Of a stretch of 20,849 bases of DNA, positions 7,581-15,195 are shown in pieces. The stretch comes from a virus, in the IMG/VR virus record IMGVR_UViG_3300036835_000152; one strand, 5' to 3'. Under the pieces are notes generated by a model. It made no database searches and was not told the origin of the DNA. It saw only the letters and a list, made by a program, of their open reading frames with translations. Positions within the stretch are counted from its first letter, which is position 1. Each line of letters begins with the position of its first letter. A program made the translations under genes and the position numbers.

Positions 7581-8813
7581 CTACTTGCTGGCGGACTTGG
7601 CCGACGCGCTAGCCGCGGAGGTGTCGCCGCCGAGGCCCGAGATCGGGGTGAACAGGTCCGGCTTGGTGTTCAGGAACGCGCCGTACCCGGCGTAGCCGAC
7701 CAGTTGCCCGAGCACGTTGGGCTCGTCCACGTACAGGAACCCGTCCACGTCCTCATACCACTCCAGATAGGACGAGACACCGACGATCGCGGTCCCGGCG
7801 GTCAGCCACGGATCCACCACCAGGCGCAGGCCCAGCGGGTTGCCCGCGGTGGCGGTGGGGGTGACCGACGGGAACGCGGGCACGCCGTTGTCGTTGGTCA
7901 TGGAACCGAGCGCGCCCCACACGTCGGGGGAGGCCCACATCGTGTCGGGCAGCGGGGCGCCGTCCGCGGTGCCCATGATCTGCGCGGCCGCCTCAAACAC
8001 GGCCGCCCGGACCCCGGCGCCGTCCGCGGTGGCCGCGGCCACCGGCGGGTTGGTGATCGATGCCAGGAACTGCGCTACCGCGTCCTCGTCGGTCGCCTTG
8101 GCGTACTCGTGCCCGAAATCTGCGAACAGAATCTGCATGATCGCGGGCTCAGACCACTTGATGTCTTGCCGCGACACGTTGAGGTGCCCGGCGTAGGTGG
8201 TCGCCGTCACCGGCAGTTTGCCGACCTTCAATTGCCGGGATGCGGTCTCGGCCTTCTCAGCCGGTTGCTTGTCCACCGCGACGTGTTGGGTGATCGTCGG
8301 CCGGTCAAACGATCCGGTGGGCAGCGTCCGGTTGGTGATCGACCGGATGAACGGCCGCTCGTTCCCCACCGCGGTGATCACCGGCCCGAGGATGGGCCGC
8401 GGGATCAGGCCCGGGTTGTCGGCGGTGGTCTGATGCGCGGTGGCCCGGGCGATGCGCTCCCCGGCGTCCTTGTCGCCCTTCATGGCCCGGATCACGGTGA
8501 CCGCGTAGTCCCCGGCGGTCGGGAACATGTCTTCCAGGCTCGGCGGGTCCTCCGGTGCGGCCCGCTCGGTCCGCGGCACGGTCCGCACCGAACGGCGCAA
8601 CTCGCGCACCCGGTCGGTCTGCTCGGCCAGGCCGGTGTAGTGCTCGATCGCGGTTTGGAGTTCCGCCAGCCGGGTCCGGTCCCGGTCAACCTGCTGTTGC
8701 TCGGCGTCGGTTACGTCGCGGTCCTCGTCGGCGGCCCGCTGTACCAGGGTCTCGATGCCCTCGGTGATCTCGTCGTACTGATCGTTCAGCCGGTCCAGGT
8801 AGGTGGTGGGCAT
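7581..8813 (-). CDS. Major capsid protein, HK97 fold with an N-terminal delta/scaffold-like coiled coil (410 aa)
   Basis: The first ~100 aa are a charged coiled coil. They are followed by an HK97-family core (PGLIPRPILGPV...FIRSIT...GSFDRP...YAGHLNVSRQDI...VDPWL...). Confidence 0.92.
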   Translation of the reverse strand: MPTTYLDRLNDQYDEITEGIETLVQRAADEDRDVTDAEQQQVDRDRTRLAELQTAIEHYTGLAEQTDRVRELRRSVRTVPRTERAAPEDPPSLEDMFPTAGDYAVTVIRAMKGDKDAGERIARATAHQTTADNPGLIPRPILGPVITAVGNERPFIRSITNRTLPTGSFDRPTITQHVAVDKQPAEKAETASRQLKVGKLPVTATTYAGHLNVSRQDIKWSEPAIMQILFADFGHEYAKATDEDAVAQFLASITNPPVAAATADGAGVRAAVFEAAAQIMGTADGAPLPDTMWASPDVWGALGSMTNDNGVPAFPSVTPTATAGNPLGLRLVVDPWLTAGTAIVGVSSYLEWYEDVDGFLYVDEPNVLGQLVGYAGYGAFLNTKPDLFTPISGLGGDTSAASASAKSASK

Positions 8814-8847
8814 AGCGCGACCCGTCCTAGGTGTGGGGATTCCTAGG

Positions 8848-8930
8848 CCGGGTGGCGGCTTGCGATCTACGGACCCCGGGTGGCGGCTCGGTGGCCGGGT
8901 GGCGGGTGAACGTCGCGCCGGGTGGCGGCT
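8848..8930. repeat. Four direct copies of CCGGGTGGCGG(C/G)T in the leader upstream of the capsid gene
   Basis: Copies at 8848-8860, 8876-8888, 8895-8907 (one mismatch) and 8918-8930. An adjacent CCTAGG-N10-CCTAGG hairpin lies at 8826-8847. Confidence 0.85.
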
Positions 8931-8946
8931 CTCCTGCGCACCGACG

Positions 8947-9312
8947 TTACGCCGGGTCGCCGGGGTCGTCTAGGGCCTCGCCGATCCGGGCACCATTCGC
9001 ACCAGTAGCGTCACGGTCCTGACACTGTTGGCACGCGGCCATGCCGCCACAAGTACAGCCGTCCTCAATCGCCGTGACACCGGGCGGAATGACACGCTCC
9101 CATGGCTCGCCCGGTTTGCGGCGTGCGAGCGTGATCCGGTCGGGCGCGTACTCGCGTGCGGCGTCGTCCGCGTCGCGTTGTGCCTGTTCCCGTTGGGTTC
9201 TGCCGTTCCACCGCTCCGAGACGGACCCGTCGCTGAACATGACGCCATAGCGGTAACCGTCCGGCGCGAGGTAGTTCCGGGGCGCGTCTTTCTCGGCGGT
9301 GTGGTCCGGCAT
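8947..9312 (-). CDS. Hypothetical protein (121 aa) with a Cys-rich C-terminus, orphan in the head module
   Basis: ORF with lower GC and more A/T-ending codons than its neighbours. Contains CTCGGMAACQQC. No recognisable family. Confidence 0.55.
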   Translation of the reverse strand: MPDHTAEKDAPRNYLAPDGYRYGVMFSDGSVSERWNGRTQREQAQRDADDAAREYAPDRITLARRKPGEPWERVIPPGVTAIEDGCTCGGMAACQQCQDRDATGANGARIGEALDDPGDPA

Positions 9313-9321
9313 CCCGCCACG

Positions 9322-10047
9322 CTAGGGCCTCAGTCGGAACCGGGCCAGTAGCGCCCGGTGGTCCGAGTGGGTGCGGATCGTCCAGGCCCGGTCCAGCCGG
9401 ATCCGCGGGTCCCGCTTCCACCACACGTAGTCAACCGCCCGGCGGCCGTGGGTGGGCAGCCAGCCGCGGGCCCGGTGGGTGTTGGTCCAGCCGCGGGCGT
9501 ACAGCGGCCCGAGGATCCCGGTGTGGTCGGGCTCGGTGTTGAAATCCCCGACGATGAATCTCAGCCCGTACCGGCCGTCCACAGCGGCCGCCAGCCGCCG
9601 GACGTGCCGCACCGCCACCGCATGCCGCCGGGGCCGGTAGGACGACGGCACCAGGTGGGTGTTGGCCACCACCCGGGAGCGCCACAGCATCCCGCCCATC
9701 GCGTATTTCGGTTTCGCGGTGCTCGGCCCGTTCCCGGGGCCCACGTAGGTCCGCGGCAGCAGCGGTTTCCCGAACGGGTGCCGCATGGCTACCGCCCGCG
9801 GGTTCCACACCAGCGGGGTGGCGGACTGGCCGCGCAGACCCCGCCCGGCCTGCACCCGCCACCCGGCGGCCTTGGCGGTGGCCACCAGGCCGGGCCGGTC
9901 GCCCCACTCCTGCGCGCCGATCACGTCGGCGCGGCGCATGATCTGGCGCAGGTCCTCCCGGGTGCCGTGCGCGCCGGGGTTCCAGGTGGCCAGCACCAGC
10001 ACCAGCGGGGCCAGGTGCCGGACTAGCGCCGGACCGACTCCAGCCAT
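9322..10047 (-). CDS. Endonuclease/exonuclease/phosphatase (EEP, DNase I-like) family enzyme (241 aa)
   Basis: Full EEP motif set in order: LVLATWN, VIGAQEW, ANTHL, GDFN, VDYVWW, SDHRAL. The start is taken at ATG 10047. The upstream part of the 404-aa ORF overlaps the protease in another frame. Confidence 0.85.
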   Translation of the reverse strand: MAGVGPALVRHLAPLVLVLATWNPGAHGTREDLRQIMRRADVIGAQEWGDRPGLVATAKAAGWRVQAGRGLRGQSATPLVWNPRAVAMRHPFGKPLLPRTYVGPGNGPSTAKPKYAMGGMLWRSRVVANTHLVPSSYRPRRHAVAVRHVRRLAAAVDGRYGLRFIVGDFNTEPDHTGILGPLYARGWTNTHRARGWLPTHGRRAVDYVWWKRDPRIRLDRAWTIRTHSDHRALLARFRLRP

Positions 10048-10595
10048 GCGGCCAGCGCCTCGCGCCGCGGCGTCGGTGACGGCGCCACGGTCAGGGTGTG
10101 CTCGCGGGCCACCAGCACCCCGGCCCCGGCGTACTGAGGTGCCGCGGTGGCCGCCACATGGGACAGCCCGCACTGTTCGCGCCACACCACCCGCTGCCCG
10201 TCGCCGCGCGGCACCGAGCGGGACCGGTACACCCGCGCGGACACGCTCCAGCCGGTCAACTCCCCGGCCCGGGCGGCCTCCGCCTGTGGATGCCCGCGGT
10301 CGATGCGGAACGTCGGATACAGGCCCTCGGCGGTCTCCTCCAGCGCGACACAGCGACCGAGGTACCGGTCCCCGTCGTCCCCGACGTGCCCGAGCATCAG
10401 GTTGACCCACCGGCCGCCCTTGGTGCAGTCCCGGGCGAACGCGCCGGGGGTGAACGCCTCCAGGTAGGTCTCCCGGCCGTCGTCGGTCACCTCCTGCGGT
10501 CGACTGTACGGCACGGCCAGGCCGTAGACGGTCCACCCGTCGCCTTGCGGTTCCAGCGCCGGGGCCGCCCGTTCGATGATCAACTCATCCGGCAT
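10023..10595 (-). CDS. HK97-family prohead maturation protease (190 aa)
   Basis: YLEAFTPGAFAR...VNLMLGHV and a downstream S-containing core match the HK97 prohead protease pattern. Follows the portal gene with an 11-nt overlap. Confidence 0.9.
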   Translation of the reverse strand: MPDELIIERAAPALEPQGDGWTVYGLAVPYSRPQEVTDDGRETYLEAFTPGAFARDCTKGGRWVNLMLGHVGDDGDRYLGRCVALEETAEGLYPTFRIDRGHPQAEAARAGELTGWSVSARVYRSRSVPRGDGQRVVWREQCGLSHVAATAAPQYAGAGVLVAREHTLTVAPSPTPRREALAAWLESVRR

Positions 10596-11832
10596 CGGCG
10601 GTCACCTCCTCCGGGGTCAACTCGGGCACCCCGGCCGGGGTGCCGCCCTCCTCCTGCGTGGTGTCCATCGGCGGCCGCCCGATCGTGGCCCGGGCCTCGT
10701 CCACGTCCAGGATCCCGGCGTCCACGTAGGTTTTCAGCACCTCCGAGGTGGTTTTCTGATCGGCCCGCATCCGGCCCGCGTAGTCCCACGCCACGGTGGT
10801 CCCGGCGGGCATCAGCCACTTGGAGAACGCGGCCACGATCGGCGCCGCGTACCGGTCCACCGAGTCCCGGACGAACTCGATATCGGCGGTCTCGATGTTC
10901 TGATACGTCATGCTCGGCCCGGCCAAACCGAGTTTGTACGACGGGATCCCCAGCATCATCGCCACCGCCGCGGCGTTCCACTGCCGCGACTCCACCAACT
11001 GCGCCTGCTCGGCGTTGGACACCACCGGGGTCAGCACGTAGCCCGCGGGCAACACCACCGGCTCGCGGGTGGAGGTCATTTCCCGCCACTTGGATTTCAA
11101 CTCGTCGGCCTGCGCCTGCGTCAGCGTGACCGGACTGGACAGCACCGCCGGGGGCAGCGCGCCGCCCGCGAAATACTGCCCGGCGTGTTCCTCGGCGGCC
11201 ACCGAGCCGCCCAGCCATTCGGCGTACTGGCGCAGCACCCCGCGGCCCAGCACCTCCCCGGACCGGTTGCCCGCAGTGACATGCAGCATGTCGGCCCGGT
11301 CGATCACCTCACCGGCGATCGTCCAGGCGTACCAGCCGGGGTTGGCCGGGTCGGTGATGATCCACACCTCATCGGCGGGCAGCGGCACCAGGTAGCGCGG
11401 CCAGAATCCGAACGCCGTGTCCGGCTCGCCGTACAGCGCGAAATGGTTCCCGTACAGGATTAGGTCCTCCGCGAGACCCCACCGGTAGGCCCACACGGTG
11501 GTCTCGTCGCCGGTGGTGTTGGTGAGGATCGCCGGTTGGTCCGGCCGCCGCACCGACACCCCGAGATCGGCGTCCCAGCGCATCGCCCGCCATTCGGTGC
11601 CCGCGATCGCGTTGCACAGCAGCGCCACCCCGCGGCCGAACGGCGGCAGGCCCAGCGCCTCCTGCTCGGTCGCCGGGTATGGGCCGTCCGGGTACGGGTC
11701 GCCGGTCAGGAACGCCCACGATCCGGGCGGGGACAGCCCGGCGGGGCCGGTGGCCCGCGGCGGCCGGACCAGGCCGCGGCGCCGGGTGCCGGTGGCGGGC
11801 CGGGAGGTGAGGGCTCGGGGTCGGGGTGGCAT
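10585..11832 (-). CDS. Portal protein, HK97 family (415 aa)
   Basis: Typical motifs: LILYGNHFAL, EHAGQYFAGGALPPAVL, LKSKWRE, REPVVLPAG, QLVESRQWNAAAVAMMLGIP. Confidence 0.93.
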   Translation of the reverse strand: MPPRPRALTSRPATGTRRRGLVRPPRATGPAGLSPPGSWAFLTGDPYPDGPYPATEQEALGLPPFGRGVALLCNAIAGTEWRAMRWDADLGVSVRRPDQPAILTNTTGDETTVWAYRWGLAEDLILYGNHFALYGEPDTAFGFWPRYLVPLPADEVWIITDPANPGWYAWTIAGEVIDRADMLHVTAGNRSGEVLGRGVLRQYAEWLGGSVAAEEHAGQYFAGGALPPAVLSSPVTLTQAQADELKSKWREMTSTREPVVLPAGYVLTPVVSNAEQAQLVESRQWNAAAVAMMLGIPSYKLGLAGPSMTYQNIETADIEFVRDSVDRYAAPIVAAFSKWLMPAGTTVAWDYAGRMRADQKTTSEVLKTYVDAGILDVDEARATIGRPPMDTTQEEGGTPAGVPELTPEEVTADAG

Positions 11833-11835
11833 GGC

Positions 11836-12045
11836 TCACCGCTTCCGGTTCTTGCGCAGCGACGGGTACCGCTTGGTGACCGCGGCCCGGACAGTCTTGG
11901 CCGACCCGGCGGTGTCCCGGCGCGCCGAGTAGGCGAGCGCCGCCCGGGCCCGGGCCTTGGTGTCGATCGGGTACTTGCGTTTCGACGGCAGCGCGAACGC
12001 CGACCTCGGCAGCGCCTTCCGGCGCTTGGCGCTCAACCGGCCCAT
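11836..12045 (-). CDS. Small basic protein (69 aa) with an LPRSAFALPSKRKYPI motif
   Basis: ATG at 12045 overlaps the upstream stop. The stop lies 4 nt before the portal ATG. The LP.SAFA...RKYPI...A..AL motif recurs in small phage head-module proteins. Confidence 0.6.
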   Translation of the reverse strand: MGRLSAKRRKALPRSAFALPSKRKYPIDTKARARAALAYSARRDTAGSAKTVRAAVTKRYPSLRKNRKR

Positions 12046-12407
12046 GGCGATTCTGAGGCCCTTTCAGGATCCCGGTGGGCAGACATACCGGGGTGGGGCT
12101 GTACGGCCGTCCTAGGCGCCTCTGCGACAGCGGGAATGGCCGTTCTACGGTCCTGCCTCCCCGCCGTGGATACGTGCCCGTGCCAGATACCGCGGTCGTC
12201 GGCCCACATGCCCAGCGCCGTCATTTCCTCTAGGGTCCGGCACCGGCGCAGGCCCTCGGGCCAGTACGGGCCGATCCGGTGAGCATCGCTCGGTCTCGTG
12301 CTAGCGAACGTCCGGTGACATTCGGTGCAGTGTTCTTGCCTGCCCCGGAACGTCGCGCCGCACCCCGCCCGGCCCGAACACATACCCGGTGCGCCCATGG
12401 CGCCCAC
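12033..12407 (-). CDS. Zinc-binding protein resembling the FDXHR family (about 121-124 aa)
   Basis: CSGRAGCG...HCTECHRTFASTRPSDAHR...RRC pattern. GGGAAGG RBS (complement of 12411-12417). Start is either GTG 12407 or ATG 12398. Confidence 0.6.
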   Translation of the reverse strand: MGAMGAPGMCSGRAGCGATFRGRQEHCTECHRTFASTRPSDAHRIGPYWPEGLRRCRTLEEMTALGMWADDRGIWHGHVSTAGRQDRRTAIPAVAEAPRTAVQPHPGMSAHRDPERASESPWAG

Positions 12408-12424
12408 CTGCCTTCCCTCGGATC

Positions 12425-14473
12425 TCAGAACACGTAGAACGGCTGTGGCGCCTCGGTCTCCGCCGCCACCACCGCCACCGCCCAGGCGGTCGCCTTCACC
12501 GCGTCACAGCGCACCCCCCGGTGCGCCGGGGCCAGGCCCCCGTCCGCGTGCGCCGCCCAGCGGGTGCCACACACCTGCCCGGCCACGTCCTCGTCGGGTG
12601 AGTGCACCAACCGCCCCGACCGGACCAGCGACCTCAGCAGCGCCAGGCCCCGGCGGGCCCGGTCCGGCGCCTGCACCACCACCTCGGGCCCCAGGTACCC
12701 GGCGGCCTCCGACGCCGACAGCGACGGTCCCAGCACCACCACCGGGCCGATCTCGCGGCGGCCGTCGCCACGCATCGACGCGCCCGCCCAGGAGAACGCA
12801 TCCGCCCGCGACCCGAACGCCGCCCCCCAGGTCAGGATCCGCCCATCCGGGAGCACGGTGGCGGCCGCCGCCGACGCGCCCCTCCCGTACCAGTCCTCCA
12901 CCGCCACCGCCACCGGACGGCCCTCCGACGGCGCCGCATACAGGTCCGCCGCCTGCGCCCACTCCTCCCGGGACACCAGCACCTCGGGGGTGGAGGTGGA
13001 CGGCACCCACCGGCGCACCGGCCACACGTTCAGGTACTGCGCCCGGAACGCCTCCACCGGGTCGTCCTCGTCCGGGTCCTCCGACGCGCCCGCCCGGGCC
13101 CGGCGCAGCCGCGCCTCCAGCAGCCGCTCCCGGGTCGGCGTCCAATGCGGGGATGCCTGCCGCCAGCCGATCCGGTCCGCCAGGTCCGCGTCCCGCGGCG
13201 CCGACCACTCCAGCAGCAGCGACGACGACGGCGAGGAATACCCGGCCAGCAGCGCCGCCCGGCGCACCGGCACCAGCGCGGTGGCCCGCCGGTGCGCCGT
13301 CGAGAACATCACCAACTGCGCGTTCGCATGCTCGGCCAGCGTCGGCTCCAGGCCGTCCTCCACCACCCCCGGCGCCACCTTCCACACCTCGTCGGCCAGC
13401 GCCAGCGTCGCCGAATACGAGTACACCGAGCCGTGCCCGCGCAGCAGCCACCGAGACCCGTCCGGGTGCCCGATCTCCTCCTCGCCGTTGGACTCCCGCA
13501 CCGGGTAGCCCTGCTGCCGCGCCCACAGCCGCGCCGGACGGGTCACCTCCCGGGTCACCTGCCGGTCCTTCGCGGTGTGCAGGATCAGTTGCTCCTCCCC
13601 GAACACCTCCGAGGCGTGCAGCCGCCACAGCGCCAACTGGCGCAGGAACACCGACTTCCCCACCTGCCGGGCCGTGGACACCAGCGCATCCATCCACACC
13701 AGTTGGCCCTCCGCGTCATGCTCCAGCAGCCGGGCGAACGCCAGCCGCTGCCACCAGCGCAGACCCCACCCCCGCTCCAGACACCACGCCACCGCCGCCG
13801 CCCCATGCGACCCCGCCGCATCCGGGTGCGGCAGCGACATCAGCCGCGGCCACGTCGCACTAGGCGGCACCTCCCGCAAATCATCGAGCCACGGCGACGA
13901 ATCCCAGACCGAATCCTCAGGACCCGGCGTAATCACCGGCGGCTCGATATCGGTCGGCTCGAATTGGTCTATGGGGGAGGAATTGTCAGCCGGAGCGCCC
14001 TGGGAAGTCGAGGCCGCCGTCAAAAACCGGGCGCCGTTCTGCGCATTGTCGTCCACGATTTCGCCGCGTTGGTTGTCCCATTTCCCGGCTAGTGCTGCCT
14101 TGCCTGCGGCGTAGATCGCTTGGCTCAGTTCGCGTCCGGCTTTGCGGTTGCAGTGCGCATGGGCTGGCCGTATGTCGGGGGACCGGCCGCCGAGTGCGAC
14201 GGGTTCGCCCACGTGGTCTAGGTCCCAGGGTTCCCAGGGTTGTACGGGGTCGGGGCAGCGGGGGCATGGCTGGGGCAGGCGTTGCTGCCAGCGGTTGCGG
14301 AGTTCGGCCCATTCTCGGCCGTTGATGGGTCGGCCTGCGATGACTCCGGATCCCATGGTTGCCGATGATGCTCCGGTTTGGCGGGCCTGTCGATTCTCAC
14401 AACCCATTATCCGATTCGACCGTGTAGTGCGTCGTCGCGCGCGAACGGTGACGGAACAGACCGCATCGACCAC
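12425..14473 (-). CDS. HNH endonuclease domain fused in frame to the terminase large subunit (up to 682 aa)
   Basis: N-terminal CPRC...WDLDHVGEPVALGG...AHAHCNRKAG (HNH, about 14135-14266). Then a Walker A STARQVGKS (about 13652-13672) and a terminase ATPase/nuclease body. No stop codon separates the two parts. The start is uncertain (GTG 14473, ATG 14407 or ATG 14356). Confidence 0.85.
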   Translation of the reverse strand: MVDAVCSVTVRARRRTTRSNRIMGCENRQARQTGASSATMGSGVIAGRPINGREWAELRNRWQQRLPQPCPRCPDPVQPWEPWDLDHVGEPVALGGRSPDIRPAHAHCNRKAGRELSQAIYAAGKAALAGKWDNQRGEIVDDNAQNGARFLTAASTSQGAPADNSSPIDQFEPTDIEPPVITPGPEDSVWDSSPWLDDLREVPPSATWPRLMSLPHPDAAGSHGAAAVAWCLERGWGLRWWQRLAFARLLEHDAEGQLVWMDALVSTARQVGKSVFLRQLALWRLHASEVFGEEQLILHTAKDRQVTREVTRPARLWARQQGYPVRESNGEEEIGHPDGSRWLLRGHGSVYSYSATLALADEVWKVAPGVVEDGLEPTLAEHANAQLVMFSTAHRRATALVPVRRAALLAGYSSPSSSLLLEWSAPRDADLADRIGWRQASPHWTPTRERLLEARLRRARAGASEDPDEDDPVEAFRAQYLNVWPVRRWVPSTSTPEVLVSREEWAQAADLYAAPSEGRPVAVAVEDWYGRGASAAAATVLPDGRILTWGAAFGSRADAFSWAGASMRGDGRREIGPVVVLGPSLSASEAAGYLGPEVVVQAPDRARRGLALLRSLVRSGRLVHSPDEDVAGQVCGTRWAAHADGGLAPAHRGVRCDAVKATAWAVAVVAAETEAPQPFYVF

Positions 14474-14517
14474 GTTCCAGTTTCCTTTTCCAGTTAGTTA
14501 CCGTTCTATCCGTATTG
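14474..14517. promoter_or_regulatory. AT-rich segment (about 41% GC) with two TTCCAGTT direct repeats
   Basis: TTCCAGTT at 14475-14482 and 14488-14495. This is the lowest-GC stretch I noticed in the window. It directly abuts the palindrome array and the HNH-terminase start. Confidence 0.6.
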
Positions 14518-14606
14518 GGGCCACATCCGTGTGGCCCTGAGGGCCACATCCGTGTGGCCCAGGGTCCACAGATTTGTGGCCCTGTAGGGCCACATCCGTG
14601 TGGCCC
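14518..14606. repeat. Array of four tandem 20-21 bp palindromes, GGGCCACA-TCCG-TGTGGCCC
   Basis: Perfect copies at 14518-14537, 14541-14560 and 14587-14606. One variant (GGGTCCACAGATTTGTGGCCC) at 14562-14582. Spacing is 21-25 bp. Confidence 0.95.
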
Positions 14607-14929
14607 TATCCCGGGCCTCGGACCAGCGGGAACGTGAACCGGTACACCGCCCGGTGGCCACCTCCGCCGGGGCCAATCTGCTCGATCACCTTGGCGTCCA
14701 CCAGTCCGTTGATCGCCCGACGTACGGCTTCCTTGGCGGTCGGGGTGTACTCGGGATATCCGAGCCATAGGGCCAGGTTCTCCCACCCGCCGTAGTAGAT
14801 CCCGGCCTCGGCCCGCTCGGTGTCCCGGTCCAGCGCCATGTCCGCCATGGCCCAGGCAACGATGCGCTCGGGGTGGGTCAGTTTGGGCCCGATCAGCGTG
14901 ACCAGGCGGAACATTTGGCGCCCCATCAT
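14606..14929 (-). CDS. Small winged-helix DNA-binding protein (107 aa). Candidate small terminase, or origin- or operator-binding protein.
   Basis: ATGA overlap with the upstream stop. WENLALWLGYPEYTPTAKEAVRRAINGLVDAKVIEQIGPGGGGHRAVYRF fits an HTH plus beta-hairpin wing. Its stop codon abuts the palindrome array. Confidence 0.65.
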   Translation of the reverse strand: MMGRQMFRLVTLIGPKLTHPERIVAWAMADMALDRDTERAEAGIYYGGWENLALWLGYPEYTPTAKEAVRRAINGLVDAKVIEQIGPGGGGHRAVYRFTFPLVRGPG

Positions 14930-15192
14930 CGGGGCCTCGGGCGGCGCATTCGCTCCAATTCGAGTGACCTGACCAGTAGGCAGCGTTCGCATAGGCCGCC
15001 GGGTTCGGGGTCGTCGGCGGGCAGCCGGGCGCCGCATATCCGGCACCGGTTGGGCATGTTGGCCCGGGCGGCGTGGAATTCCCGTACGGGCGCCCCGGTT
15101 TTCAGGTTGCGGCATTTCTCGCCGGGTTTCGCGTTGCACGCGGGGCAGGGGTGTCCTAATAGGATCCGGCGCCATTCAACTGGTATTCCCAT
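14926..15192 (-). CDS. Double zinc-ribbon protein (88 aa)
   Basis: HPCPACNAKPGEKC and CRICGARL...GGLCERC motifs. Tight packing with both flanking genes. Confidence 0.65.
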   Translation of the reverse strand: MGIPVEWRRILLGHPCPACNAKPGEKCRNLKTGAPVREFHAARANMPNRCRICGARLPADDPEPGGLCERCLLVRSLELERMRRPRPR

Positions 15193-15195
15193 GGC

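Noticed and set aside
7704-8846. 380-aa plus-strand ORF opposite the major capsid gene
   Set aside because: Same antisense artefact. The minus-strand frame encodes a recognisable HK97-fold capsid protein.
10048-10536. N-terminal 163 codons of the 404-aa ORF containing the EEP domain
   Set aside because: This part overlaps the prohead protease gene in another frame and is Arg/Gly-rich with no domain. The EEP fold begins right after the internal ATG at 10047 (first strand LVLATWN), so the long version is not called.
12504-13697. 397-aa Gly/Ala/Pro-rich minus-strand ORF in an alternative frame within the terminase gene
   Set aside because: Low-complexity composition and complete overlap with the motif-bearing terminase frame. 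It is a spurious ORF.
12325-13863. 512-aa proline/alanine-rich plus-strand ORF
   Set aside because: It lies antisense to the terminase gene, is extreme low-complexity (PPPP/APAP runs) and has no RBS. This is the usual open antisense frame of 70% GC DNA. The minus-strand frame carries the clear terminase motifs.
14518-14606. Possible CRISPR array
   Set aside because: The repeats are 20-bp palindromes separated by only 1-4 bp, so there are no spacers. No cas genes are present. The layout fits protein-binding sites, not CRISPR.
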